Shown piece by piece: positions 13,601-28,600 of a stretch of 64,000 bases of DNA (within the stretch, counting starts at the first letter, position 1; every line of letters begins with the position of its first letter). The stretch is from Squalus acanthias (lineage: Eukaryota). The notes beneath the pieces were generated by a model. That model was not told where the DNA came from. It did no database searches and saw only the letters and a program-made list of their open reading frames with translations. The stretch covers positions 137,952,001 to 138,016,000 of the forward strand of contig CM059431.1 in the NCBI GenBank assembly GCA_030390025.1, in the 5' to 3' direction. Made by a program: the position numbers and the translations under genes.

Positions 13601-16600
13601 TTTGGACTTTCACTGTGTCTAGCTTTGGAACTTCACTGTTTCTGGCTTTCGACCATCACTGTTTCTAGCTTTCGACCTCCACTGCTTCTAGATTGGAAAC
13701 TTCACTATTTCTAGCTTTGGACCTCCACTCTTTCTAGATTGGGAACTTCACTATTTCTAGCTTCGGACCTCCACTGTTTCTAGCTTTGACCTTCAATGTG
13801 TCTAGATTTGGAACTTCACTATTTCTAGCTTTGGACCTCCACTGGTTCTAGATTGGGAACTTCACTATTTCTAGCTTTGGACCTCCACTGTTTCTAGATT
13901 GGGAACTTCACTATTTCTAGCTTCGGATCTCCACTGTTTCTAGCTTTGGACCTTCACTGTTTCTAGCTTTGGACGTCCAACATTTCTAGCTTTGAACAAT
14001 CACTGTTTCTAGCTTTGGACCTCCACTATTTCTAGCTTTGGACCTCTACTGTTTCTAGCTTTGGACCTTCTCTCTTTCTAGTTTCGGAACTCCACATTTT
14101 CAACTCTGGACCTTGACTGTTTCTAGCTTTGGACCTCCGCTATTTCTAGCTTTGGACCTTCACTGATTCTAGCTTTGGAACTCCACTGTTTCTAGCTTTG
14201 GTGCTCAGCTATTTCTAGCTTTGGATCTTCAGTGTATCTAGCTTTGGACCACCATTGTTTCTAGCTTTGGACCTCCACTGTTTCTAGCTTTGGACCTTTA
14301 CTGTTTCTTGCTTTGGACCACCACTCTTTCTAGCCTTGGACCTCCACTATTGCAAGCTTTGGAACTCCAATGTTTCATGCTTGGGACCTCCACTGTTTCT
14401 AGCTTTGGGTCACAACTGTTTCTAGCTTTGGACCATCGCTGTTTCTAGCTTTGGATCTCCACTGTTTCTAGCTTTGGACCTTCACTGTTTCTAGCTTTGG
14501 AACGTCACTGTTTCTAGCTTTGGATCTTCACTGTCTCTAGTTTTGGAACGTCACTGTTTCTAGCTTTGGACCTTCACTGTGTCTAGCTTTGGATCTCCAA
14601 TCTTTCTCGCTTTGGACCACCAGTGTTTCTAGATTTGGATCAGCACTGTTTCTAGCTTTGGAGCACCACTGTTTCTAGCTTTGGACCTTCACTGTTTCTA
14701 GCTTTGGAACGTCACAGTTTCTAGCTTTGGATCTCCACTATTTCTAGCTTTGGACCTTCACTGTTTCTACCTTTGGACCTCCACTGCTTCTAGCTTTGGA
14801 CCTTCACTGTTTCTAGCTTTGGACCTCCACTGTTTCTAGCTTTGGAACTTCACTGTTTCCAGCTTTGGACCTTCACTGTTTCTAGCTTTGGACCTTCACT
14901 GTTTCTAGCTTTGGACCTGCACTGTTTCTAGATTTGGGTCTTCACTGTTTCTAGCTTTGGACATCCACTGTTTCTAGCATTGGATCTCCACTCTTTCTAG
15001 CTTTGGACCTCCACTGTTTCTAGCTTTGGACCTCCACTGTTTTTGATTGGGATCTGCACTATTTCTAGCTTCGGACCTCCACTGTTTCTACCTTTGGACC
15101 TCCACTGTTTCTAGATTTGGACCTCCACTGTTTCTAGCTTTGGACCAACACTGTTTCTAGCTTTGGACCTTCACTGTTTCTAGCTTTGGACCTTCACTCT
15201 TTCTAACTTTGGACCTCCACTGTTTCTAGCTTTGGACCTCCACTGTTTCTAGCTTTGGACCTCAACTGTTTCTAGCTTTGGACCAACACTGTTTCTAGCT
15301 TTGGACCTTCACTGTTTCTAGCTTTGGACCTTCACTCTTTCTAACTTTGGACCTCCACTGTTTCTAGCTTTGGACCTCCACTGTTTCTAGCTTTGGACGT
15401 TCACTGCGTCTAGCTTTGGACCTCCACTGTTTCTAGGTTTGGACCTTCACTGTTTCTAGCTTTGGACCACCATTGTTTCTAGCTTTGGACCTTCACTGTG
15501 TCTAGCTTTGGATCTCCACTGTTTCTAGCTTTAGACCTCCACTGTTTCTAGATTGGAAACTTCACTATTTCTAGCTTTGGACCTCCACTGTTTCTAGATT
15601 TGAAACTTAACAGTTCTAGCTTCGGATCTCCACTGTTTCTAGCTTTGACCTTCACTGTGTCTAGCTTTGGACCTTCACAGTTTCTAGATTTGGATCTCAA
15701 TTTTTTCTTACTTTCGAGCTCCACTCTCTCTAGCTTTCGTCCTTCACTGTCTCTAGCTCTGGACCTTCACTTTATCTGGCTTTGGACCTCCACTGTTTCT
15801 AGCTTTGGATCTCTACAGTTTGTAGCTTTGGACCTCCTCTGTTTCTAGCTTTGGACCTCCACTGTTTCTAGCTTTGGACCTCCACTGTTTCTAGATTTGG
15901 ACCACCACTGTTTCTAGCTTTGGACCTCCACTGTTTCTAGCTTTGGACCTCCACTGTTTCTAGATTTGGACGTTCACTGTTTCTAGCTTAGGATTTCCAG
16001 GCTTTCTAGCTTTGGACCTCCACTGTTTCAAGCTTTGGAGCTCCACTCTTTCCAGCTTTGGACTTTCACTGTCTCTAGCTTTGGATCTTAATTGTTTCGT
16101 ACTTTGAAACTTCACTGTTTCTAGCTTTGGATCTTCACTGTTTCTAGCTTTGGACCTTCACTGTCTCTAGCTTTGCACCTTCAATGTAGCTAGCTTTGGA
16201 CCTCCGCTGTTTCTAGCTTTGGACCTCTACTGTTTGTAGCTTTGGACCTCCACTCTTTCAAGCTTTGGACCTTCACTGTTTCTAGCTTTGGTCCTCTACT
16301 GTTTGTAGCTTTGGACCTCCACTGTTTCTAGCTTTTGACCTCCACTGTTTCTAGATTTGGACGTCCACTGATTCTAACTTTGGACCTTCACTTTTTCTAG
16401 ATTTGGAACTTCACTATTTCTAGCTTTGGCCCTTCACTCTCTCCAGCTTTGGTCCTCCACTGTTTCCAGCTTAGGAGCTCCACTCTTTCTAGCTTTGGAG
16501 CTCCTCCCTTTCTAGCTTTGGACTTTCACTGTGTCTAGCTTTGGAACTTCACTGTTTCTGGCTTTCGACCATCACTGTTTCTAGCTTTCGACCTCCACTG

Positions 16601-19600
16601 CTTCTAGATTGGAAACTTCACTATTTCTAGCTTTGGACCTCCACTCTTTCTAGATTTGAAACTTAACAGTTCTAGCTTCGGATCTCCACTGTTTCTAGCT
16701 TTGACCTTCACTGTGTCTAGCTTTGGACCTTCACAGTTTCTAGATTTGGATCTCAATTTTTTCTTACTTTCGAGCTCCACTCTCTCTAGCTTTCGTCCTT
16801 CACTGTCTCTAGCTCTGGACCTTCACTTTATCTGGCTTTGGACCTCCACTGTTTCTAGCTTTGGATCTCTACAGTTTGTAGCTTTGGACCTCCTCTGTTT
16901 CTAGCTTTGGACCTCCACTGTTTCTAGCTTTGGACCTCCACTGTTTCTAGATTTGGACCACCACTGTTTCTAGCTTTGGACCTCCACTGTTTCTAGCTTT
17001 GGACCTCCACTGTTTCTAGATTTGGACGTTCACTGTTTCTAGCTTAGGATTTCCAGGCTTTCTAGCTTTGGACCTCCACTGTTTCAAGCTTTGGAGCTCC
17101 ACTCTTTCCAGCTTTGGACTTTCACTGTCTCTAGCTTTGGATCTTAATTGTTTCGTACTTTGAAACTTCACTGTTTCTAGCTTTGGATCTTCACTGTTTC
17201 TAGCTTTGGACCTTCACTGTCTCTAGCTTTGCACCTTCAATGTAGCTAGCTTTGGACCTCCGCTGTTTCTAGCTTTGGACCTCTACTGTTTGTAGCTTTG
17301 GACCTCCACTCTTTCAAGCTTTGGACCTTCACTGTTTCTAGCTTTGGTCCTCTACTGTTTGTAGCTTTGGACCTCCACTGTTTCTAGCTTTTGACCTCCA
17401 CTGTTTCTAGATTTGGACGTCCACTGATTCTAACTTTGGACCTTCACTTTTTCTAGATTTGGAACTTCACTATTTCTAGCTTTGGCCCTTCACTCTCTCC
17501 AGCTTTGGACCTCCACTGTTTCCAGCTTAGGAGCTCCACTCTTTCTAGCTTTGGAGCTCCTCCCTTTCTAGCTTTGGACTTTCACTGTGTCTAGCTTTGG
17601 AACTTCACTGTTTCTGGCTTTCGACCATCACTGTTTCTAGCTTTCGACCTCCACTGCTTCTAGATTGGAAACTTCACTATTTCTAGCTTTGGACCTCCAC
17701 TCTTTCTAGATTGGGAACTTCACTATTTCTAGCTTCGGACCTCCACTGTTTCTAGCTTTGACCTTCAATGTGTCTAGATTTGGAACTTCACTATTTCTAG
17801 CTTTGGACCTCCACTGGTTCTAGATTGGGAACTTCACTATTTCTAGCTTTGGACCTCCACTGTTTCTAGATTGGGAACTTCACTATTTCTAGCTTCGGAT
17901 CTCCACTGTTTCTAGCTTTGGACCTTCACTGTTTCTAGCTTTGGACGTCCAACATTTCTAGCTTTGAACAATCAATGTTTCTAGCTTTGGACCTCCACTA
18001 TTTCTAGCTTTGGACCTCTACTGTTTCTAGCTTTGGACCTTCTCTCTTTCTAGTTTCGGAACTCCACATTTTCAACTCTGGACCTTGACTGTTTCTAGCT
18101 TTGGACCTCCGCTATTTCTAGCTTTGGACCTTCACTGTTTCTAGCTTTGGTGCTCAGCTATTTCTAGCTTTGGATCTTCACTGTATCTAGCTTTGGACCA
18201 CCATTGTTTCTAGCTTTGGACCTCCACTGTTTCTAGCTTTGGACCTTTACTGTTTCTTGCTTTGGACCACCACTCTTTCTAGCCTTGGACCTCAACTATT
18301 GCTAGCTTTGGAACTCCAATGTTTCATGCTTGGGACCTCCACTGTTTCTAGCTTTGGGTCACAACTGTTTCTAGCTTTGGACCATCGCTGTTTCTAGCTT
18401 TGGATCTCCACTGTTTCTAGCTTTGGACCTTCACTGTTTCTAGCTTTGGAACGTCACTGTTTCTAGCTTTGGATCTTCACTGTCTCTAGTTTTGGAACGT
18501 CACTGTTTCTAGCTTTGGACCTTCACTGTGTCTAGCTTTGCATTTCCAATCTTTCTCGCTTTGGACCACCAGTGTTTCTAGATTTGGATCAGCTCTGTTT
18601 CTAGCTTTGGAGCACCACTGTTTCTAGCTTTGGACCTTCACTGTTTCTAGCTTTGGAACTTCACAGTTTCTAGCTTTGGATCTCCACTATTTCTAGCTTT
18701 GGAACTTCACTGTTTCTACCTTTGGACCTCCACTGCTTCTAGCTTTGGACCTTCACTGTTTCTAGCTTTGGACCTCCACTGTTTCTAGCTTTGGAACTTC
18801 ACTGTTTCCAGCTTTGGACCTTCACTGTTTCTAGCTTTGGACCTTCACTGTTTCTAGCTTTGGACCTGCACTGTTTCTAGATTTGGGTCTTCACTGTTTC
18901 TAGCTTTGGACCTCCACTGTTTCTAGCTTTGGATCTCCACTCTTTCTAGCTTTGGACCTCCACTGTTTCTAGCTTTGGACCTCCACTGTTTTTGATTGGG
19001 ATCTGCACTATTTCTAGCTTCGGACCTCCACTGTTTCTACCTTTGGACCTCCACTGTTTCTAGATTTGGACCTCCACTGTTTCTACCTTTGGACCTCCAC
19101 TGTTTCTACCTTTGGACCTGCACTCTTTCTAGCTTTGGATCTTCACTGTTTCTAGCTTTGGACCTTCACTGTCTCTAGCTTTGCACCTTCAATGTAGCTA
19201 GCTTTGGACCTCCGCTGTTTCTAGCTTTGGACCTCTACTGTTTGTAGCTTTGGACCTCCACTCTTTCAAGCTTTGGACCTTCACTGTTTCTAGCTTTGGT
19301 CCTCTACTGTTTGTAGCTTTGGACCTCCACTGTTTCTAGCTTTTGACCTCCACTGTTTCTAGATTTGGACGTCCACTGATTCTAACTTTGGACCTTCACT
19401 TTTTCTAGATTTGGAACTTCACTATTTCTAGCTTTGGCCCTTCACTCTCTCCAGCTTTGGACCTCCACTGTTTCCAGCTTAGGAGCTCCACTCTTTCTAG
19501 CTTTGGAGCTCCTCCCTTTCTAGCTTTGGACTTTCACTGTGTCTAGCTTTGGAACTTCACTGTTTCTGGCTTTCGACCATCACTGTTTCTAGCTTTCGAC

Positions 19601-22600
19601 CTCCACTGCTTCTAGATTGGAAACTTCACTATTTCTAGCTTTGGACCTCCACTCTTTCTAGATTGGGAACTTCACTATTTCTAGCTTCGGACCTCCACTG
19701 TTTCTAGCTTTGACCTTCAATGTGTCTAGATTTGGAACTTCACTATTTCTAGCTTTGGACCTCCACTGGTTCTAGATTGGGAACTTCACTACTTCTAGCT
19801 TTGGACCTCCACTGTTTCTAGATTGGGAACTTCACTATTTCTAGCTTCGGATCTCCACTGTTTCTAGCTTTGGACCTTCACTGTTTCTAGCTTTGGACGT
19901 CCAACATTTCTAGCTTTGAACAATCAATGTTTCTACCTTTGGACCTCCACTGCTTCTAGCTTTGGACCTCCACTGTTTCTAGCTTTGGAACTTCACTGTT
20001 TCCAGCTTTGGACCTTCACTGTTTCTAGCTTTGGACCTGCACTGTTTCTAGATTTGGGTCTTCACTGTTTCTAGCTTTGGACCTCCACTGTTTCTAGCTT
20101 TGGATCTCCACTCTTTCTAGCTTTGGACCTCCACTGTTTTTGATTGGGATCTGCACTATTTCTAGCTTCGGACCTCCACTGTTTCTACCTTTGGACCTCC
20201 ACTGTTTCTAGATTTGGACCTCCACTGTTTCTACCTTTGGACCTCCACTGTTTCTACCTTTGGACCTGCACTCTTTCTAGCTTTGGATCTTCACTGTTTC
20301 TAGCTTTGGACCTTCACTGTCTCTAGCTTTGCACCTTCAATGTAGCTAGCTTTGGACCTCCGCTGTTTCTAGCTTTGGACCTCTACTGTTTGTAGCTTTG
20401 GACCTCCACTCTTTCAAGCTTTGGACCTTCACTGTTTCTAGCTTTGGATCTCCACTGTTTCTAGCTTTGGACCTCACTGTTTCTAGCTTTGGACCTCACT
20501 GTTTCTAGCTTTGGACTTCACTGTTCTAGCTTTGGACCTTCACTGTTTCTAGATTGGACCTTCACTGTTTCTAGCTTTGGCCTTCACTGTTCTAGCTTTG
20601 GACCTCCACTGTTTCCTAGCTTTGGACCTCCACTGTTTCTAGCTTTGGACTCACTCTTTCTAGCTTTGGACCTTCACTGTTTCTAGCTTTGGAACTTCAC
20701 TGTTTCTAGCTTTGGACCTTCACTGTTTCTAGCTTTGGACCTCCACTGTTCTAGATTGGAACTTCACTATTTCTAGCTTCGGACCTCCGCTGTTTCTAGC
20801 TTTGGAACTTCACTGTTTCTAGCTTTGGACCTCACTGTTTCTAGCTTTGGACTTCACTGTTTCTAGCTTTGGACCTTCACTGTTTCTAGCTTTGGACCTT
20901 CACTGTTTCTAGCTTTGGAACTTCACTATTTCTAGCTTTGGACCTCCACTGTTTCTAGATTGGGAACTTCACTATTTCTAGCTTCGGATCTCCACTGTTT
21001 CTAGCTTTGGACCTTCACTGTTTCTAGCTTTGGACGTCCAACATTTCTAGCTTTGAACAATCAATGTTTCTAGCTTTGGACCTCCACTATTTCTAGCTTT
21101 GGACCTCTACTGTTTCTAGCTTTGGACCTTCTCTCTTTCTAGTTTCGGAACTCCACATTTTCAACTCTGGACCTTGACTGTTTCTAGCTTTGGACCTCCG
21201 CTATTTCTAGCTTTGGACCTTCACTGATTCTAGCTTTGGACCTCCACTGTTTCTAGCTTTGGTGCTCAGCTATTTCTAGCTTTGGATCTTCACTGTATCT
21301 AGCTTTGGACATCCACTGTTTCTAGCTTTGGACCTCCACTGTTTCTAGCTTTGGACCTCCACTGTTTCTAGCTTTGGACCTTCACTGTTTCTAGCTTTGG
21401 ACATCCACTGTTTCTAGCTTTGGAACTTCACTGTTTCCAGCTTTGGACCTTCACTGTTTCTAGCTTTGGACCTTCACTGTTTCTAGCTTTGGACCTGCAC
21501 TGTTTCTAGATTTGGGTCTTCACTGTTTCTAGCTTTGGACCTCCACTGTTTCTAGCTTTGGATCTCCACTCTTTCTAGCTTTGGACCTCCGCTATTTCTA
21601 GCTTTGGACCTTCACTGTCGCTAGATTTTGACCTCCACTGTTTCTAGCTTTGGACCGCCACTGTTTTTGATTGGGATCTGCACTATTTCTAGCTTCGGAC
21701 ATCCACTGTTTCTAGCTTTGGACCTCCACTGTTTCTAGATATGTACCTTCACTGTTTCTAGCTTTGGAAATTCACTGTTTCTAGCTTTGGAGCTGCACTC
21801 TTTCTAGCTTTGGACCTTCACTGTTTCTATCTTTGAATCTCCAATGTGTCTAAATTTGGACCTTCACTGTTTCTAGCTTTGGACCCTCACTGTTTCTAGC
21901 TTTGGACTTTCGCTGTTTCTAGCTTTGGACCTTCACTCTTTCTAGCTTTGGACCTTCACTGTTTCTAGCTTTGGATCAACACTGTTTCTCTCTTTGGACC
22001 ACCACTGTTTCTAGCTTTGGACCTTCACTGTCTCTAGCTTTGGAGCTTCACTGTGTCTAGCTTTGGATCTCTAATCTTCCTCGATTTGGACCACCAGTGT
22101 TTCTAGCTTTGGAGCACCACTGTTTCTAGCTTTGGACCTTCACTGTTTCTAGCTTTGGACCTTCACAGTTTCTAGCTTTGGATCTCCACTGTTTCTAGCT
22201 TTGGAACTTCACTGTTTCTAGCTTTGGAACTTCACTGCTTCTAGCTTTGGATCTTCACTGTTTCTCGCTTTGGACCTTCACTGTTTCTAGCTTTGGACCT
22301 CCACTGTTTCTAGCTTTGGACCTTCACTGTTTCTAGCTTTGGACCTCCACTGTTTCTAGCTTTCGACCATCACTGTTTCTAGCTTTGGACCTCCACTGTT
22401 TCTAGCTTTGGAACTTCACTGTTTCCAGCTTTGGACCTTCACTGTTTCTAGATTTGGACCTTCACTGTTTCTAGCTTTGGACCTGCACTGTTTCTAGCTT
22501 TGGATCTCCACTCTTTCTAGCTTTGGACCTCCGCTATTTCTAGCTTTGGAACTTCACTGTCTCTAGATTTTGACCTCCACTGTTTCTAGCTTTGGACCTC

Positions 22601-25600
22601 CACTGTTTTTGATTGGGATCTGCACTATTTCTAGCTTCGGACCTCCGCTGTTTCTAGCTTTGGACCTCCACTGTTTCTAGATTTGGACCTTCACTCTTTC
22701 TAGCTTTGGAAATTCACGGTTTCTAGCTTTGGAGCTGCACTCTTTCTAGCTTTGGACCTTCACTGTTTCTATCTTTGGATCTCCAATGTGTCTAACTTTG
22801 GACCTTCACTGTTTCTAGCTTTGGACCCTCACTGTTTCTAGCTTTGGACTTTCACTGTTTCCAGCTTTGGACCTTCACTGTTACTAGCTTTGGACCTTCA
22901 CTGTTTCTAGCTTTGGATCTCCACTGTTTCTATCTTTGGACCACCACTGTTTCTAGCTTTGGACCTTCACTGTGTCTAGCTTTGGAGCTTCACTGTCTCT
23001 AGCTTTGGACCACCACCGCTTCTGGTTTTGGACCTTCACTGTTTCTAGCTTTGGACCTTCACTGTTTCTAGCTTTGGAACTTCACTGTTTCTAGCTTTGG
23101 ATCTTCACTGTTTCTAGTTTTGGACCTCCACTGTTTCTAGCTTAGGACCTTCATTGTTTCGAGCTTTGGAGCTCCAATGTTTCTAGCTTTGGTCCGTCAC
23201 TGTTTCTAGCTTTGGAACTTCACTGTTTCTAGCTTTGGATCTTCACTGTTTCTAGTTTTGGCCCTCCACAGTTTCCAACTTTGGACCTTCACTGTTTCTA
23301 GCTTTGGTCCTCCGCTATTTCTAGCTTTGGACCTTCACTGTTTCTAGATTTTGACCTATACGGTTTCTAGCTTTGGAACTCCACTGTTTCTAGCTTTTTA
23401 CCTACACTATTTCTAGCTTTGGACTTTCTCTGCTTCTAGCTTTGGACCTTCACTGCTGCTAGCTTTGGACTTTCTCTGTTTCTAGCTTTGGACCTTCTCT
23501 GCTTCTAGCTTTGGACCTACACTGTTTCTAGCTTTGGACTTTCTCTGTTTCTTGCTTTGGACCTTCACTGTTTCTAGCTTTGGACCTCCACTGTTTGTCG
23601 CTTTGGACCTTCACTGCTTCTAGCTTTGGAAGTTTATTGTTTCTAGCTTTGGACCACCACTGTTTCTTGCTTTGGACCTCCACTGTTTCTAGCTTTGGAA
23701 CTCAACTGTTTCTAGCTTTGGACCTTCTCTGTTTCTAGCTTTGGATCTCCACTGTTTCTAGCTTTGGACCTTCACTGTTTCTAGCTTTGTAACGTCACTG
23801 TTTCCAGCTTTGGATCTTCACTGTCTCTAGCTTTGGAACGTCACTATTTCTAGCTTTGGACCCCCACTGTTTCTAGTTTTGGACCTTCACTGTTTCTAGC
23901 TTTGGACCTCCACTGTTTCTAGCTTAGGACCTTCATTGTTTCGAGCTTTGGAGCTCCAATGTTTCTAGCTTTGGTCCGTCACTGTTTCTAGCTTTGGAAC
24001 TTCACTGTTTCTAGCTTTGGATCTTCACTGTTTCTAGTTTTGGCCCTCCACAGTTTCCAACTTTGGACCTTCACTGTTACTAGCTTTGGACCTCCGCTAT
24101 TTCTAGCTTTGGACCTTCACTGTTTCTAGATTTTGACCTATACGGTTTCTAGCTTTGGAACTCTACTGTTTCTAGCTTTTTACCTACACTATTTCTAGCT
24201 TTGGACCTTCTCTGTTTCTAGCTTTGGACCTTCACTGCTGCTAGCTTTGGACCTACACTGTTTCTAGCTTTGGACCTTCTCTGTTTCTAGCTTTGGACCT
24301 TCACTGTTTCTAGCTTTGGACCTCCACTGTTTCTCGCTTTGGACATTCACTGTTTCTAGCTTTGGACCTTTATTGTTTCTAGCTTTGGACCACCACTGTT
24401 TCTTGCTTTGGACCTCCACTGTTTCTAGCTTTGGATCTCAACTGTTTCTAGCTTTGGACCTTCTCTGTTTCTAGCTTTGGATCTCCACTGTTTCTAGCTT
24501 TGGAACTTCACTGTTTCTAGCTTTGTAACGTCACTGTTTCCAGCTTTGGATCTTCACTGTCTCTAGCTTTGGAACGTCACTATTTCTAGCTTTGGACCTC
24601 CACTGTTTCTAGCTTTGGAACTTCACTGTTTCTAGCTTTGGACCTCCATTGTTTCTAGCTTTGGACATCCACTGTTTCTAGCTTTGGAACTTCACTGTTT
24701 CCAGCTTTGGATCTTCACTGTATCTAGCTTTGGACATCCACTATTTCTAGCTTTGGACCCCCACTGTTTCTAGTTTTGGACCTTCACTGTTTCTAGCTTT
24801 GGACCTCCACTGTTTCTAGCTTAGGACCTTCATTGTTTCGAGCTTTGGAGCTCCAATGTTTCTAGCTTTGGTCCGTCACTGTTTCTAGCTTTGGAACTTC
24901 ACTGTTTCTAGCTTTGGATCTTCACTGTTTCTAGCTTTGGCCCTCCACAGTTTCCAACTTTGGACCTTCACTGTTACTAGCTTTGGACCTCCGCTATTTC
25001 TAGCTTTGGACCTTCACTGTTTCTAGATTTTGACCTATACGGTTTCTAGCTTTGGAACTCTACTGTTTCTAGCTTTTTACCTACACTATTTCTAGCTTTG
25101 GACCTTCTCTGTTTCTAGCTTTGGACCTTCACTGCTGCTAGCTTTGGACCTACACTGTTTCTAGCTTTGGACCTTCTCTGTTTCTAGCTTTGGACCTTCA
25201 CTGTTTCTAGCTTTGGACCTCCACTGTTTCTCGCTTTGGACATTCACTGTTTCTAGCTTTGGACCTTTATTGTTTCTAGCTTTGGACCACCACTGTTTCT
25301 TGCTTTGGACCTCCACTGTTTCTAGCTTTGGATCTCAACTGTTTCTAGCTTTGGACCTTCTCTGTTTCTAGCTTTGGATCTCCACTGTTTCTAGCTTTGG
25401 AACTTCACTGTTTCTAGCTTTGTAACGTCACTGTTTCCAGCTTTGGATCTTCACTGTCTCTAGCTTTGGAACGTCACTATTTCTAGCTTTGGACCTCCAC
25501 TGTTTCTAGCTTTGGAACTTCACTGTTTCTAGCTTTGGACCTCCATTGTTTCTAGCTTTGGACATCCACTGTTTCTAGCTTTGGAACTTCACTGTTTCCA

Positions 25601-28600
25601 GCTTTGGATCTTCACTGTATCTAGCTTTGGACATCCACTGTTTCTAGCTTTGGACCTCCACTGTTTCTAGCTTTGGACCTTCACTGTTTCTAGCTTTGGA
25701 CATCCACTGTTTCTAGCTTTGGAACTTCACTGTTTCCAGCTTTGGACCTTCACTGTTTCTAGCTTTGGACCTTCACTGTTTCTAGCTTTGGACCTGCACT
25801 GTTTCTAGATTTGGGTCTTCACTGTTTCTAGCTTTGGACCTCCACTGTTTCTAGCTTTGGATCTCCACTCTTTCTAGCTTTGGACCTCCGCTATTTCTAG
25901 CTTTGGACCTTCACTGTCGCTAGATTTTGACCTCCACTCTTTCTAGCTTTGGACCGCCACTGTTTTTGATTGGGATCTGCACTATTTCTAGCTTCGGACA
26001 TCCACTGTTTCTAGCTTTGGACCTCCACTGTTTCTAGATATGTACCTTCACTGTTTCTAGCTTTGGAAATTCACTGTTTCTAGCTTTGGAGCTGCACTCT
26101 TTCTAGCTTTGGACCTTCACTGTTTCTATCTTTGAATCTCCAATGTGTCTAAATTTGGACCTTCACTGTTTCTAGCTTTGGACCCTCACTGTTTCTAGCT
26201 TTGGACTTTCGCTGTTTCTAGCTTTGGACCTTCACTCTTTCTAGCTTTGGACCTTCACTGTTTCTAGCTTTGGATCAACACTGTTTCTCTCTTTGGACCA
26301 CCACTGTTTCTAGCTTTGGACCTTCACTGTCTCTAGCTTTGGAGCTTCACTGTGTCTAGCTTTGGATCTCTAATCTTCCTCGATTTGGACCACCAGTGTT
26401 TCTAGCTTTGGAGCACCACTGTTTCTAGCTTTGGACCTTCACTGTTTCTAGCTTTGGACCTTCACAGTTTCTAGCTTTGGATCTCCACTGTTTCTAGCTT
26501 TGGAACTTCACTGTTTCTAGCTTTGGAACTTCACTGCTTCTAGCTTTGGATCTTCACTGTTTCTCGCTTTGGACCTTCACTGTTTCTAGCTTTGGACCTC
26601 CACTGTTTCTAGCTTTGGACCTTCACTGTTTCTAGCTTTGGACCTCCACTGTTTCTAGCTTTCGACCATCACTGTTTCTAGCTTTGGACCTCCACTGTTT
26701 CTAGCTTTGGAACTTCACTGTTTCCAGCTTTGGACCTTCACTGTTTCTAGATTTGGACCTTCACTGTTTCTAGCTTTGGACCTGCACTGTTTCTAGAATT
26801 GGGTCTTCACTGTTTCTAGCTTTGGACCTTCACTGTTTCTATCTTTGGACCTGCACTGTTTCTAGATTTGGGTATTCACTGTTTCTAGCTTTGGATCTCC
26901 ACTCTTTCTAGCTTTGGACCTCCGCTATTTCTAGCTTTGGAACTTCACTGTCTCTAGATTTTGACCTCCACTGTTTCTAGCTTTGGACCTCCACTGTTTT
27001 TGATTGGGATCTGCACTATTTCTAGCTTCGGACCTCCGCTGTTTCTAGCTTTGGACCTCCACTGTTTCTAGATTTGGACCTTCACTCTTTCTAGCTTTGG
27101 AAATTCACGGTTTCTAGCTTTGGAGCTGCACTCTTTCTAGCTTTGGACCTTCACTGTTTCTATCTTTGGATCTCCAATGTGTCTAACTTTGGACCTTCAC
27201 TGTTTCTAGCTTTGGACCCTCACTGTTTCTAGCTTTGGACTTTCACTGTTTCCAGCTTTGGACCTTCACTGTTTCTAGCTTTGGACCTTCACTGTTTCTA
27301 GCTTTGGATCTCCACTGTTTCTATCTTTGGACCACCACTGTTTCTAGCTTTGGACCTTCACTGTGTCTTGCTTTGGAGCTTCACTGTCTCTAGCTTTGGA
27401 CCACCACCGCTTCTGGTTTTGGACCTTCACTGTTTCTAGCTTTGGACCTTCACTGTTTCTAGCTTTGGAACTTCACTGTTTCTAGCTTTGGATCTTCACT
27501 GTTTCTAGTTTTGGACCTTCACTGTTTCTAGCTTTGGACCTCCACTGTTTCTAGCTTAGGACCTTCATTGTTTCGAGCTTTGGAGCTCCAATGTTTCTAG
27601 CTTTGGTCCGTCACTGTTTCTAGCTTTGGAACTTCACTGTTTCTAGCTTTGGATCTTCACTGTTTCTAGTTTTGGCCCTCCACAGTTTCCAACTTTGGAC
27701 CTTCACTGTTACTAGCTTTGGACCTCCGCTATTTCTAGCTTTGGACCTTCACTGTTTCTAGATTTTGACCTATACGGTTTCTAGCTTTGGAACTCTACTG
27801 TTTCTAGCTTTTTACCTACACTATTTCTAGCTTTGGACCTTCTCTGTTTCTAGCTTTGGACCTTCACTGCTGCTAGCTTTGGACCTACACTGTTTCTAGC
27901 TTTGGACCTTCTCTGTTTCTAGCTTTGGACCTTCACTGTTTCTAGCTTTGGACCTCCACTGTTTCTCGCTTTGGACATTCACTGTTTCTAGCTTTGGACC
28001 TTTATTGTTTCTAGCTTTGGACCACCACTGTTTCTTGCTTTGGACCTCCACTGTTTCTAGCTTTGGATCTCAACTGTTTCTAGCTTTGGACCTTCTCTGT
28101 TTCTAGCTTTGGATCTCCACTGTTTCTAGCTTTGGAACTTCACTGTTTCTAGCTTTGTAACGTCACTGTTTCCAGCTTTGGATCTTCACTGTCTCTAGCT
28201 TTGGAACGTCACTATTTCTAGCTTTGGACCTCCACTGTTTCTAGCTTTGGAACTTCACTGTTTCTAGCTTTGGACCTCCATTGTTTCTAGCTTTGGACAT
28301 CCACTGTTTCTAGCTTTGGAACTTCACTGTTTCCAGCTTTGGATCTTCACTGTATCTAGCTTTGGACATCCACTGTTTCTAGCGTTGGACCTCCACTGTT
28401 TCTAGCTTTGGACCTCCACTGTTTCTAGCTTTGGACCTTCACTGTTTCTAGCTTTGGACATCCACTGTTTCTAGCTTTGGAACTTCACTGTTTCCAGCTT
28501 TGGACCTTCACTGTTTCTAGCTTTGGACCTTCACTGTTTCTAGCTTTGGACCTGCACTGTTTCTAGATTTGGGTCTTCACTGTTTCTAGCTTTGGACCTC

